From NCBI GenBank assembly GCA_963623675.1, contig CAVFMZ010000003.1, positions 1 to 53,660 of the forward strand: 53,660 nt of DNA. The letters are read 5' to 3'. Shown piece after piece: positions 38,078 to 47,084 of this stretch. A program made the translations under genes and the position numbers. The stretch's first letter is position 1. Every line of letters begins with the position of its first letter. The DNA is from Firmicutes bacterium CAG:176 (lineage in GTDB: Bacteria; Bacillota; Clostridia; Lachnospirales; Lachnospiraceae). The notes beneath the pieces are model-generated. The model saw nothing but the letters and a program-made list of their open reading frames with translations, was not told where the DNA came from and ran no database searches.

Positions 38078-39220
38078 TCAGACGGTATGGAATTTGGCAA
38101 TATATACCGGATACGTCTCTGTACCCTTCATTTCCTTTCCGGCTGTCACGGTAACATTTTTATCGGTGATCAGGTATTCGATATCGGCGCCTGCCTCTAC
38201 CACTGTGTCCTGCAGAAGAATGCAGTTCTTAACCTTGGCACCCTTGGCAATCTTAACACCTCTGGAGAGAATACTGTTCTCTACTTCTCCTTCGATGAGG
38301 CATCCGTCTGCAACCATAACGTTGCGTGCTGCAGCGCCCTCTACATAACGGGTCGGTGTATCGTCACGGACCTTGGTGTAGATGGGAGACGGGGAGAAGA
38401 GCGCATCCAGATTATAATCATCCAGAAGCTTCATGTTCTCTTCAAAATAGGTTTTGATGCTGGAAATGCATGCTACATAGCCATCGTACTTATATCCACG
38501 GATGTTCAGTTTGTTCAGCTGCGGAATCAGTACATCGCGCTCCAGCCATTCTTTGCCGAGCAGGGATGCTTCGGTGATCAGCTCAATCAGAAGTTCCCTC
38601 TCTAATACAATAATGTTCAGTGAGAAATTCTGGATGCCTTCTTCTTTGGGGTTTACATAAATTTTGTTAACCTTGTCGCCATCCAGACCGAGGGTATAGT
38701 AATATCCTTTGGAATCATCGCGGACTTTGCGGAATCCCTCAGGAATTTCCTGCTCACGGTATACCATGGTGATATCAGCACCGCTCTCGATATGGGAGTT
38801 AACCAGCTTATTAAAATCAAAATTAACTGCAATATGGCAATCTGCTAAAATTACATATTTTTTCTTCTGGTCCCTTAAAAATCCGAGAACATTGGCAAGG
38901 GCGCCTGCACGTCCGCGGTATGGCTTGGAAGACTTGTCCGCATATGGCGGAAAGATCTTCAGACCGCCGTTTTTACGAACCAGATCCCAAGAACGGCCGG
39001 AACCAAGATGGTCGATGACAGACTGATAATTGTTATTTACGATAGCAGCTACGGTATCAATACCGCAGTTGGACATGCTGGACAGCATGAAATCGAGCAT
39101 GCGGTATCTGCTGGCGAAAGGAATGGATCCCATCAGACGGACATTTACGAGATCAGGGACAAAGGTATCATAGCTGTTTGGAAAAATAATTCCCAGAGTA
39201 TTTAAATTAGCATTTACCAT
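38078..39220 (-). CDS. glgD: Glucose-1-phosphate adenylyltransferase subunit GlgD
   Basis: [33 protein letters not shown] and a hexapeptide tail; overlaps glgC. Confidence 0.92.
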   Translation of the reverse strand: MVNANLNTLGIIFPNSYDTFVPDLVNVRLMGSIPFASRYRMLDFMLSSMSNCGIDTVAAIVNNNYQSVIDHLGSGRSWDLVRKNGGLKIFPPYADKSSKPYRGRAGALANVLGFLRDQKKKYVILADCHIAVNFDFNKLVNSHIESGADITMVYREQEIPEGFRKVRDDSKGYYYTLGLDGDKVNKIYVNPKEEGIQNFSLNIIVLERELLIELITEASLLGKEWLERDVLIPQLNKLNIRGYKYDGYVACISSIKTYFEENMKLLDDYNLDALFSPSPIYTKVRDDTPTRYVEGAAARNVMVADGCLIEGEVENSILSRGVKIAKGAKVKNCILLQDTVVEAGADIEYLITDKNVTVTAGKEMKGTETYPVYIAKFHTV

Positions 39221-40422
39221 TCTTCTGCACCACCTTCTACATTTTTGCTTATCATGGCATTCGGCCCGATGACGGCTCCTTCACCGATGGTCACACCGGA
39301 ACCGATGGTGGCAACTCCCTTTTCGTCGCCCTCCGGCATGGCACCTACCACAGCATTTTCGCCGATGGTCACATTCTCTGCCACAATACAGTGGCGGACG
39401 ACTGCGCCGCTCGCGATGGTTGTGCCTCCCATAATAACGGCATCTTCTACCACGGCACCTTCCGCTACCTTTACACCGGCAAACAGGACGGAATGCTTCA
39501 CCGTGCCTTTGATACGGCATCCGTCGGTGATCATGGAATCATGGATATCGGCAGATGGGCTGATCTTGTGACCAGTCATACCACTGTTGCGGCTGTAGAT
39601 CTTCCAGTTATCATCAAAGAGGTTGATGCCGCTGTGCTCCGGATCCAGTACCTCCATGTTTGCTTCCCAAAGGGAAGAGATGGTTCCTACGTCCTTCCAG
39701 TAGCCGCTGAAATGATAAGCGTACATCTTACGGTTATCCCGGAGCAGATTCGGGATGATATTATTTCCGAAGTCATTTTCGGAATTCGGATCCTGCTCAT
39801 CCTCTTCCAGATATTTACGAAGAATATCCCAGTTGAAGATGTAGATACCCATGGAAGCCAGATTGGACTTCGGGTTCTTCGGTTTCTCCTGGAACTCCAG
39901 AATACGGTCGTTTTCGTCGGCCACCATCAGACCGAAACGGGAAGCGTCGTCCCACGGTACTTCCATAACAGCGACGCTGAATTCTGCACCCTTTTCTTTA
40001 TGGAAGCGAAGGAAGTCGCTGTAGTCCTGCTTACAGATCTGGTCACCGGAAAGGATGATCACATACTGCGGATCATAGCGCTCGATAAATGAAATATTCT
40101 GGTAAATGGCATTTGCTGTGCCCTTGTACCAGTCCGACCCGGATGCCTTCTGATACGGTGGCAGTACATGCACGCCTCCGTAAAGTCTGTCCAGATCCCA
40201 CGGCTGTCCGTTGCCGATGTATTCGTTCAGTACCAATGGCTGATACTGGGTAAGGATACCGACGGTATCAATACCGGAATTGACGCAGTTAGAAAGCGGA
40301 AAATCTATGATACGGTATTTTCCACCGAATGGAACCGCTGGTTTTGCAAGCTTCTGGGTCAGTGCATACAGTCTGGAACCCTGACCTCCGGCCAGAAGCA
40401 TTGCAATCATTTCTTTTGCCAT
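39214..40422 (-). CDS. glgC: Glucose-1-phosphate adenylyltransferase GlgC
   Basis: [30 protein letters not shown] and YWKDVGT. Confidence 0.95.
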   Translation of the reverse strand: MAKEMIAMLLAGGQGSRLYALTQKLAKPAVPFGGKYRIIDFPLSNCVNSGIDTVGILTQYQPLVLNEYIGNGQPWDLDRLYGGVHVLPPYQKASGSDWYKGTANAIYQNISFIERYDPQYVIILSGDQICKQDYSDFLRFHKEKGAEFSVAVMEVPWDDASRFGLMVADENDRILEFQEKPKNPKSNLASMGIYIFNWDILRKYLEEDEQDPNSENDFGNNIIPNLLRDNRKMYAYHFSGYWKDVGTISSLWEANMEVLDPEHSGINLFDDNWKIYSRNSGMTGHKISPSADIHDSMITDGCRIKGTVKHSVLFAGVKVAEGAVVEDAVIMGGTTIASGAVVRHCIVAENVTIGENAVVGAMPEGDEKGVATIGSGVTIGEGAVIGPNAMISKNVEGGAEEW

Positions 40423-40545
40423 AACATTCCCCTCCTGAAGAATTCTATATGATATATAATTTTACTATATTTTCTGCAAAAATGGTAGGGTTTTTGTGCA
40501 AAATATTTGTAATATTTCTACGAAGATTCGACAGGGAAATGTTAA

Positions 40546-40687
40546 GTTACTGTTCAGACAGCAGCCAGACACTTGCTGTCAGGCTGCGTAAGAACTTGAT
40601 TCAGGGGTGAGCAGGCTCCTTTTGCGAAGCAAAACTTTAAATGAGCCTGCGAATCGTTACTGGAACGAGGTACGAGTGAACAGTAAC
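40546..40687. mobile_element. 142-bp non-autonomous MITE-like element
   Basis: 11-bp perfect terminal inverted repeats GTTACTGTTCA/TGAACAGTAAC; flanking 8-bp direct repeats AATGTTAA/GATGTTAA (7/8 match); nested internal hairpins; no ORF. Confidence 0.7.
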
Positions 40688-40690
40688 GAT

Positions 40691-40782
40691 GTTAATGTCC
40701 GGTTAAGAAAAGGAAGAGATGGTTAACGGGCGGTTAAGATCAGGCAAAAGTCGTAGATGCGGAGAACGGATTGTGCTATGAT
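40691..40782 (+). promoter_or_regulatory. Two GTTAA-N6-GTTAAG tandem boxes plus an extended -10 promoter
   Basis: GTTAA at 40691, 40702, 40722 and 40733 (11-bp period within each box); TG-c-TATGAT at 40774-40782; weak -35. Confidence 0.6.
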
Positions 40783-40816
40783 GCCGTCAAATTCATAGAG
40801 AAAAGAGGATGGCATC

Positions 40817-40963
40817 ATGCAGAGCTTGTTAAGTATGTTTCTGGTAGCACTTATGGTAATCGTGGGAGGTATTCCTTCCCTTTATATTCTGATCAGTCTG
40901 CCGGTAATTCTGGTGCAGAAGTTTTACAGAAAAGTAAAATACGGAACGTCTGTGTGGAACTAG
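40817..40963 (+). CDS. Unannotated 48-aa small membrane protein
   Basis: MQSLLSMFLVALMVIVGGIPSLYILISLPVILVQKFYRKVKYGTSVWN; RBS AGAGGA; own promoter and terminator; below the ORF-track length cutoff. Confidence 0.75.
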   Translation: MQSLLSMFLVALMVIVGGIPSLYILISLPVILVQKFYRKVKYGTSVWN

Positions 40964-40968
40964 ACATC

Positions 40969-41004
40969 GGGGAAGGACTTTGGCGACAGAGCCCTTCCTT
41001 TTTT
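40969..41004 (+). terminator. Intrinsic terminator after the small ORF
   Basis: GGAAGGACTTTG-gcga-CAGAGCCCTTCC plus a T-tract. Confidence 0.8.
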
Positions 41005-41020
41005 ATTACGGGAAACCTGA

Positions 41021-41049
41021 TTGACACTTTCCGGGGGCTGGGCTATGAT
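41021..41049 (+). promoter_or_regulatory. SigmaA promoter for the kdpDE-like operon
   Basis: TTGACA-17 bp-TATGAT. Confidence 0.75.
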
Positions 41050-41073
41050 AACAGAAGGAAAAAGAAAACTGAA

Positions 41074-42141
41074 ATGGAGAGATGGAAGGCTGTGTGGAAG
41101 AATCTATCAATCACAGCAGGAATCCTGGCGGCAGCCTCCGGATTTGCCCTGCTGCTCAACCTGTTTGTCAGATCTGACAGTCATGTGCCGCTGCTGTTTG
41201 TGATGGCAATTCTGTTTATTTCCCGGTTTACGGAAGGGTATATTTACGGAATTGTGGCATCTGTTGCAGCGGTCATTGAAGTCAATTATATTTTCACCTA
41301 CCCGTATTTTGAATTTAACTTTACGATTACCGGGTATCCGCTGACCTTTGTGGCGATGCTGGCAGTCTCTTTGAGCGTCAGTACCCTGATGACACAGATC
41401 AAACAGCAGGAGCAGATCCGGCTGGAGGTAGAGAAGGAGAAAATGCGGGCCAACCTTATGCGTGCAGTATCCCATGATATCCGGACTCCGCTGACTTCTA
41501 TTATGGGTTCTGCATCCGGTATTATTGAAAATCATAAGGTACTTTCCGAGGAAAAGCAGCTGGAGCTGCTGCATGATATTAAGGAAGAGGCTCAGTGGCT
41601 GATTCGGATTGTGGAAAATCTTCTGTCGGTTACCCGGATGAGCGGGGAAAATACCAAACTGAATACGGAAGAGGAGGTGGCGGAGGAGATCATCAGCAGT
41701 GCAGTGATGAAATTCTGCAAGCGTTTTCCGGATGAGAAAGTAGAAGTGAAAATGCCGGAGGAAATGCTTTTGGTTCCCATGGACGGCGTGCTCATTGAGC
41801 AGGTGCTGGTAAATATTCTGGAAAATTCCGTACTGCATGGAAAGACGGTATCGCTGATCCGGATTATTGTGACCCACGAACCGAGAAAAATGATCGTGTC
41901 CGTGGAGGATGACGGACAGGGGATTAAGGAGAGCGTGCTTCCGGTCATGTTTGAAGGAAAATTATCTTCGGAGGACGGGGAGGAGTATGATTCCAAGAGG
42001 AATATGGGAATCGGACTTTCTGTATGTAAGAGCATTGTGAGCGCCCATAAAGGTGGGATGAAGGCGGAAAACAGAAAAGAAGGCGGAGCCAGAGTTATGT
42101 TCTGGCTGCCCATGGAGGAGGACGGAACAGATGGATATTAA
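41074..42141 (+). CDS. Short KdpD-like histidine kinase (DUF4118 TM, HisKA, HATPase)
   Basis: Four TM segments with NYIFTYPYFEFNF; RANLMRAVSHDIRTPLTSIMG, IEQVLVNILENS and GIGLSVCKSIV; start moved to 41074, downstream of the promoter. Confidence 0.85.
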   Translation: MERWKAVWKNLSITAGILAAASGFALLLNLFVRSDSHVPLLFVMAILFISRFTEGYIYGIVASVAAVIEVNYIFTYPYFEFNFTITGYPLTFVAMLAVSLSVSTLMTQIKQQEQIRLEVEKEKMRANLMRAVSHDIRTPLTSIMGSASGIIENHKVLSEEKQLELLHDIKEEAQWLIRIVENLLSVTRMSGENTKLNTEEEVAEEIISSAVMKFCKRFPDEKVEVKMPEEMLLVPMDGVLIEQVLVNILENSVLHGKTVSLIRIIVTHEPRKMIVSVEDDGQGIKESVLPVMFEGKLSSEDGEEYDSKRNMGIGLSVCKSIVSAHKGGMKAENRKEGGARVMFWLPMEEDGTDGY

Positions 42142-42838
42142 AGACCGCGTATTGATTGTGGAAGATGATAAAAGTATCCGGAATTTTCTGAAGACAGTTC
42201 TGGAAGCCAATAATTTTGACGTGATTACGGCGGTAAACGGAGCGGACGCCTACAGTATGGTCACATCCCAGTGTCCGGATCTGGTGATTCTGGATCTGGG
42301 TCTTCCGGATATGGACGGCATGAAGATTCTGAAAGGAATCCGGGAATGGTCCGCCATGCCCATTCTGGTGGTTTCTGCCAGAAGTCATGAGCGGGATAAG
42401 GTAGAGGCTCTGGATGCAGGAGCGGATGATTACATTACCAAACCATTTGGTACATCGGAGCTGCTGGCCCGCGTGCGGACGGCTATCCGGCATGCGAGAG
42501 TGGCGTTCCTGACGCCGGAGGCTGGCAAGACCGGAATTTTCCGTTCCGGAGATCTGGCTATTGATTATGACAAGCACCGGGTTTATGTTCGTGAACAGGA
42601 TGCGGGACTTACCCAGAATGAATTCCGTATCGTGAGCCTGCTTGGGAAATATGCGGGAAAGGTGCTGACCTATGATTTTATTATTAAGGAAATCTGGGGA
42701 CCGAATATGCAGAATGACAATCGGATTCTACGTGTAAATATGGCAAATATCCGCCGGAAAATCGAGTTAAATCCGGCACAGCCCCAATACATTTTTACAG
42801 AAGTAGGAGTAGGATACCGGATGGCGGATTCGGATTAA
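42131..42838 (+). CDS. kdpE: KdpE-like OmpR-family response regulator
   Basis: ILDLGLPDMDG, ALDAGADDYITKPF, LRVNMANIRRKIE and TEVGVGYR. Confidence 0.85.
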   Translation: MDIKDRVLIVEDDKSIRNFLKTVLEANNFDVITAVNGADAYSMVTSQCPDLVILDLGLPDMDGMKILKGIREWSAMPILVVSARSHERDKVEALDAGADDYITKPFGTSELLARVRTAIRHARVAFLTPEAGKTGIFRSGDLAIDYDKHRVYVREQDAGLTQNEFRIVSLLGKYAGKVLTYDFIIKEIWGPNMQNDNRILRVNMANIRRKIELNPAQPQYIFTEVGVGYRMADSD

Positions 42839-42847
42839 ACAGGAAAT

Positions 42848-43501
42848 ATGATGGACGAACAGAAGAAAAAAGAACTGGCGTTAGAGATTATTGAGCGCCT
42901 GCGAAAAGAATACCCGGATGCGGACTGCACGCTGGACTATGATGATGCCTGGAAGCTGCTGGTCAGCGTCCGTCTGGCTGCCCAGTGTACGGACGCCAGA
43001 GTAAATGTGGTAGTGGAAGATTTATATAAGAAATTTCCCGATGTGGATGCACTGGCGGCAGCGGATGTAGGCGAGATCGAGGAGATTGTCCGTCCTTGCG
43101 GTCTGGGAAAAAGTAAGGCAAGGGATATCAGCGCCTGTATGAAAATGCTGAAAGAAATCTATGGCGGCAAGGTGCCGGATGATTTTAACAAGCTGCTGGC
43201 ACTTCCGGGCGTGGGAAGAAAGAGTGCCAATCTCATTATGGGAGACGTCTTTCACAAGCCTGCCATTGTCACGGATACCCACTGTATCCGTCTGGCAAAC
43301 CGGATGGGGTTGGTGGACGGCATCAAAGATCCGAAGAAGGTGGAGATGGTATTGTGGAAACTGATTCCGCCGGAGGAGGGCAGCGATTTCTGCCACCGTC
43401 TGGTCAATCACGGAAGGGATGTCTGTACGGCGAGAACCAAACCTCATTGTGAAAAGTGCTGTCTCAGCGACATCTGTGCGAAGGCAGGAGTGGAAAATTA
43501 G
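42848..43501 (+). CDS. nth: Endonuclease III
   Basis: LAAQCTDARVN, LPGVGRKSAN, VTDTHC and CTARTKPHCEKCCLSDIC Fe-S motif. Confidence 0.93.
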   Translation: MMDEQKKKELALEIIERLRKEYPDADCTLDYDDAWKLLVSVRLAAQCTDARVNVVVEDLYKKFPDVDALAAADVGEIEEIVRPCGLGKSKARDISACMKMLKEIYGGKVPDDFNKLLALPGVGRKSANLIMGDVFHKPAIVTDTHCIRLANRMGLVDGIKDPKKVEMVLWKLIPPEEGSDFCHRLVNHGRDVCTARTKPHCEKCCLSDICAKAGVEN

Positions 43502-43510
43502 AGAAAATGC

Positions 43511-43542
43511 AGGGTCAGGCTTGAAAGAGCTTGACCTTTTTT
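43511..43542 (+). terminator. Intrinsic terminator after nth
   Basis: AGGGTCAGGCTT-gaa-AGAGCTTGACCTT plus a T-tract. Confidence 0.75.
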
Positions 43543-43593
43543 CATTTTCGCGTCAGTATAGAAAGGAAAAAATAGTTTGAGGAGCAAAGTAAC

Positions 43594-44808
43594 ATGTTTG
43601 TATTAAGAAAAATATACTGTCGTACATTTCAGTTGGCATTTCGTGCCGCGCTGCCATTTTTACCCTACCGGAATCCGGAAATCATTTCTTCTGATGCGGA
43701 GATTCCGGCGGTCTTAAGAAAGAACGGAATTCAGAAAGTCATGATTGTGACGGATGCGGGCATCCGGAAGCTGGGGCTTACTTCCTTTCTGGAGAAAACC
43801 CTGACAGAAGAAGGATTTGGATACTGTATCTATGACCGGACGGTGGCAAATCCCACCATCTGGAATGTGGAGGAGGCAAGAGAACTGTATCTGAAGGAAG
43901 GTGCACAGGCGCTCATTGCATTTGGCGGCGGTTCTTCCATGGACTGTGCCAAGGCAGCGGGAGCCAGAATTGCGAAACCGCATCAGAGCATCCGCCAGAT
44001 GAAAGGGCTTCTGAAAGTACATAAGAAGCTGCCTCTGCTCATTGCCATTCCCACCACGGCGGGTACGGGAAGCGAGACCACGCTGGCAGCGGTCATTACA
44101 GACAGCGAGAAACATTATAAATATCCCATCAATGATTTCAGCCTGATTCCGCGGTATGCAGTCCTTGATTACCATGAGACCGTAGGACTGCCAAAAAGCA
44201 TTACGGCGACCACGGGAATGGATGCACTGACCCACGCGGTGGAGGCTTATATCGGCGGTTCCACCACGAGAGAGACCCGGAAGATGGCGGAAAAAGCAGT
44301 CTATCTCATTCATCAGTATCTGAAACGCGCCTATGATGACGGCCATGACAAGGAAGCCAGAAAAGGAATGCTGAAAGCAGCTTACTATGCGGGTGTGGCA
44401 TTTACCAAATCCTATGTAGGATATGTCCATGCGGCAGCCCATTCCCTGGGCGGCCAGTACGGAACACCCCACGGTCTTGCCAATGCGGTGATTCTTCCGG
44501 TGGTGCTTCGCATGTACGGATCCTCCTGTGAGAAACGGTTGGGGCGTCTGGCCCGGAGAACGGGAGTGGTGGAGAAGCATCTTGGCGACCACGAGGCAGC
44601 ACAGCAGTTTATTGACTGGGTACAGGAAATGAATGATTCCATGGACATTCCGCGGACTCTGCCGGAGATTCAGGAAGAGGATATCCCGGTGATGGCAAAG
44701 CATGCGGATAAGGAAGGCAATCCGCTGTATCCGGTTCCTATGCTCATGAATCGGAAAGAATTGGAGATCATTTATAGGAAGGTAAAAGGTCAGGAGACAG
44801 AAAACTAA
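43594..44808 (+). CDS. Iron-containing alcohol dehydrogenase
   Basis: GGGSSMDCAK, PTTAGTGSE, DALTHAVEAY, HAAAHSLGG and PHGLANA. Confidence 0.92.
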   Translation: MFVLRKIYCRTFQLAFRAALPFLPYRNPEIISSDAEIPAVLRKNGIQKVMIVTDAGIRKLGLTSFLEKTLTEEGFGYCIYDRTVANPTIWNVEEARELYLKEGAQALIAFGGGSSMDCAKAAGARIAKPHQSIRQMKGLLKVHKKLPLLIAIPTTAGTGSETTLAAVITDSEKHYKYPINDFSLIPRYAVLDYHETVGLPKSITATTGMDALTHAVEAYIGGSTTRETRKMAEKAVYLIHQYLKRAYDDGHDKEARKGMLKAAYYAGVAFTKSYVGYVHAAAHSLGGQYGTPHGLANAVILPVVLRMYGSSCEKRLGRLARRTGVVEKHLGDHEAAQQFIDWVQEMNDSMDIPRTLPEIQEEDIPVMAKHADKEGNPLYPVPMLMNRKELEIIYRKVKGQETEN

Positions 44809-46193
44809 TGGAGCAGAACAATATTCATATAGAAGAAATGGTAAAAAAGCAGCGGACATATTTTGCGGAAGGCCGGACGCTGAAGGTTGAGCAGAGAATC
44901 GAGGCGTTAAACAGACTTGAGCAGGGAATTTTAAACTGTGAGCAGGATCTCTACGCAGCGCTGAAAAAAGATCTGGGGAAATCCAGGGCGGAGAGTTACA
45001 TGTGCGAGGTGGGTCTGACACTGTCCGAGCTTCGCTTTGTGAGAAAACATGTGCGGAAGTGGAGCCGGGAGAAACGGGTTCTCACACCGTTGGCCCAGTT
45101 CCATGCAAAAAGCTTTACGGTGCAGGAGCCTTACGGTGTGGTGCTGGTCATGTCGCCGTGGAATTATCCGGTGCTGCTCACACTGGAGCCGCTCATCGGG
45201 GCACTGGCAGCGGGTAACTGCTGCGTGCTCAAACCGTCTGCTTATTCTCCGGCTACCTCTGCAGTGATGAAGCGCATGATTGCGGAAACATTTCCGGAGG
45301 AGTACGTAACTGTTGTGGAGGGCGGACGGGAGGAAAATCAGAACCTCCTTTCCCAGAAATTTGACTACATCTTCTTTACCGGCGGCGTGCAGGTGGGAAA
45401 ACTGGTCATGGAGAAGGCAGCTGCAAATCTCACTCCGGTGACGCTGGAGCTGGGAGGAAAGAGTCCCTGCATTATTGATAGAAGTGCGAACCTGAAGCTG
45501 GCGGCGAGAAGACTGGCTTTTGGAAAATATTTAAACTGCGGACAGACCTGCGTGGCGCCGGATTATGTGCTGGTACACGAGGCGGTGAAAGAAGAATTTT
45601 TAACCCTGCTGAAAGCGGAGATCCGTTCCATGTACGGAGAGGAACCACTGAAGAATCCAGATTACGGAAAAATGATCAACCGGAAACATTTTGACCGGGT
45701 GCTGGGCCTTATGAATCAGGAAAAGCTGATTCTGGGAGGAGAGAGCAATGTCGCATCCCTTCAGATTGCTCCGGCTGTCATGGATCAGGTGACGGAGGAA
45801 GACTCGGTCATGCAGGAAGAAATCTTCGGGCCGCTTCTGCCAATCCTGACACTGGGATCCATGGAAGAAGCCATTGCCTTTGTAAACCGCAGACCGAAAC
45901 CGCTGGCGCTCTATCTCTTCACGGAGAATCGTGAGGTAGAGAAAAATGTGCTGGAATACACCTCCTTTGGCGGCGGCTGCATCAACGATACCATCATCCA
46001 TCTGGCAACTTCCCGGATGGGCTTTGGCGGTGTCGGCAACAGCGGCATGGGATCCTATCACGGAAAGAAGAGTTTTGAGACCTTCAGTCATGAGAAGAGC
46101 ATCGTGAAAAAGTATACCTGGATTGACCTGCCTATGCGGTATCAGCCCTATACCGGATGGAAGGAAAAACTGGTGCGGATGTTTGTAAAATAG
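44808..46193 (+). CDS. Aldehyde dehydrogenase (ALDH3/YwdH-like)
   Basis: SPWNYP, FFTGG, LELGGKSP, NCGQTCVAPDY, EEIFGP and FGGVGNSGMG. Confidence 0.92.
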   Translation: MEQNNIHIEEMVKKQRTYFAEGRTLKVEQRIEALNRLEQGILNCEQDLYAALKKDLGKSRAESYMCEVGLTLSELRFVRKHVRKWSREKRVLTPLAQFHAKSFTVQEPYGVVLVMSPWNYPVLLTLEPLIGALAAGNCCVLKPSAYSPATSAVMKRMIAETFPEEYVTVVEGGREENQNLLSQKFDYIFFTGGVQVGKLVMEKAAANLTPVTLELGGKSPCIIDRSANLKLAARRLAFGKYLNCGQTCVAPDYVLVHEAVKEEFLTLLKAEIRSMYGEEPLKNPDYGKMINRKHFDRVLGLMNQEKLILGGESNVASLQIAPAVMDQVTEEDSVMQEEIFGPLLPILTLGSMEEAIAFVNRRPKPLALYLFTENREVEKNVLEYTSFGGGCINDTIIHLATSRMGFGGVGNSGMGSYHGKKSFETFSHEKSIVKKYTWIDLPMRYQPYTGWKEKLVRMFVK

Positions 46194-46202
46194 AGGCTGC
46201 CA

Positions 46203-46232
46203 TTGACAGACCTGCCATTTCAAGGGTATGAT
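46203..46232 (+). promoter_or_regulatory. SigmaA promoter for the tcdA operon
   Basis: TTGACA-18 bp-TATGAT. Confidence 0.6.
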
Positions 46233-46274
46233 GAAAAGTACGTATATGAAAAAGAAATGGAGAATAGAAGATAA

Positions 46275-47084
46275 ATGCTGAATCAGTTTTCAAGAACAGA
46301 ACTTTTGCTTGGAAAAGATAATATGGAACGCTTGGCAAATGCCAGAGTAGCAGTTTTTGGTATCGGCGGTGTAGGCGGATATACCGTGGAAGCGCTGGCG
46401 AGAAGCGGCGTAGGTACGCTGGATCTTATTGACGATGACAAGGTGTGCCTGACCAATGTCAACCGCCAGATTTTAGCTACCCGCAGTACGGTAGGAAAAT
46501 ACAAAGTAGATGTGGCAAAGGACCGCATTCTGGACATTAACCCGCATGCGGTGGTAAATACCTACAAGACATTCTACATGCCTAATACGGCAGATCAGTT
46601 TGATTTCAGCCAGTATGATTATGTGGTGGACGCCATTGATACGGTGACCGGAAAAATCCAGCTGGTGGAGCAGGCCAATGCCTGCGGCGTGCCGATTATC
46701 AGCTCCATGGGAGCTGGCAACAAGCTGGATGCGTCTGCTTTTGAAGTGGCTGACATTTACAAAACCTCTGTGTGCCCGCTGGCAAAAGTCATGCGCCGGG
46801 AACTGAAGAAGAGAAGAATCCGCCATCTGAAAGTGGTATATTCCAAAGAGCAGCCATTGGAGCCGATCGATGATATGGCTATCAGCTGCAGACAGCACTG
46901 CATCTGCCCGCCGGGAGCAGTCAGAAAATGTACCGAGCGCCGGGCGATTCCGGGAAGTACCGCATTTGTACCGTCTGTAGTCGGCCTCATCATTGCCGGA
47001 GAAGTAGTAAAGGATCTAACCGTGAACCGGAAGGAAAAAGCACCGAAGAAACCGGAGACCGCTGTAGCAGGAGGTCAGGAATGA
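46275..47084 (+). CDS. tcdA: tRNA threonylcarbamoyladenosine dehydratase (ThiF/E1-like)
   Basis: FSRTELLLG, GIGGVGG, TNVNRQ, DAIDT, SSMGAGNK, CPLAKVMRRELK and VVYSKE. Confidence 0.88.
   Translation: MLNQFSRTELLLGKDNMERLANARVAVFGIGGVGGYTVEALARSGVGTLDLIDDDKVCLTNVNRQILATRSTVGKYKVDVAKDRILDINPHAVVNTYKTFYMPNTADQFDFSQYDYVVDAIDTVTGKIQLVEQANACGVPIISSMGAGNKLDASAFEVADIYKTSVCPLAKVMRRELKKRRIRHLKVVYSKEQPLEPIDDMAISCRQHCICPPGAVRKCTERRAIPGSTAFVPSVVGLIIAGEVVKDLTVNRKEKAPKKPETAVAGGQE

Noticed and set aside
40546..40740. Recurrent GTTAA/GTTAC words as a degenerate CRISPR array
   Set aside because: Repeats are only 5-11 bp with no repeat-spacer periodicity and no cas genes
40771..41073. 101-aa N-terminal extension of the kinase in the ORF track
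   Set aside because: It spans a different-frame small ORF, a terminator and the kinase's own promoter; the true start is most likely 41074
17256..42838. cdaA, putP and kdpDE-like genes as one c-di-AMP/osmolyte supercluster
   Set aside because: They are separated by many unrelated operons, and the kinase lacks the c-di-AMP-binding Usp domain; proximity is probably coincidental
47060..47084. TcdA tail ...AVAGGQE as a cryptic ubiquitin-like GG sulfur carrier
   Set aside because: The GG codons are simply the overlapping GGAGG RBS of the next gene; there is no beta-grasp domain
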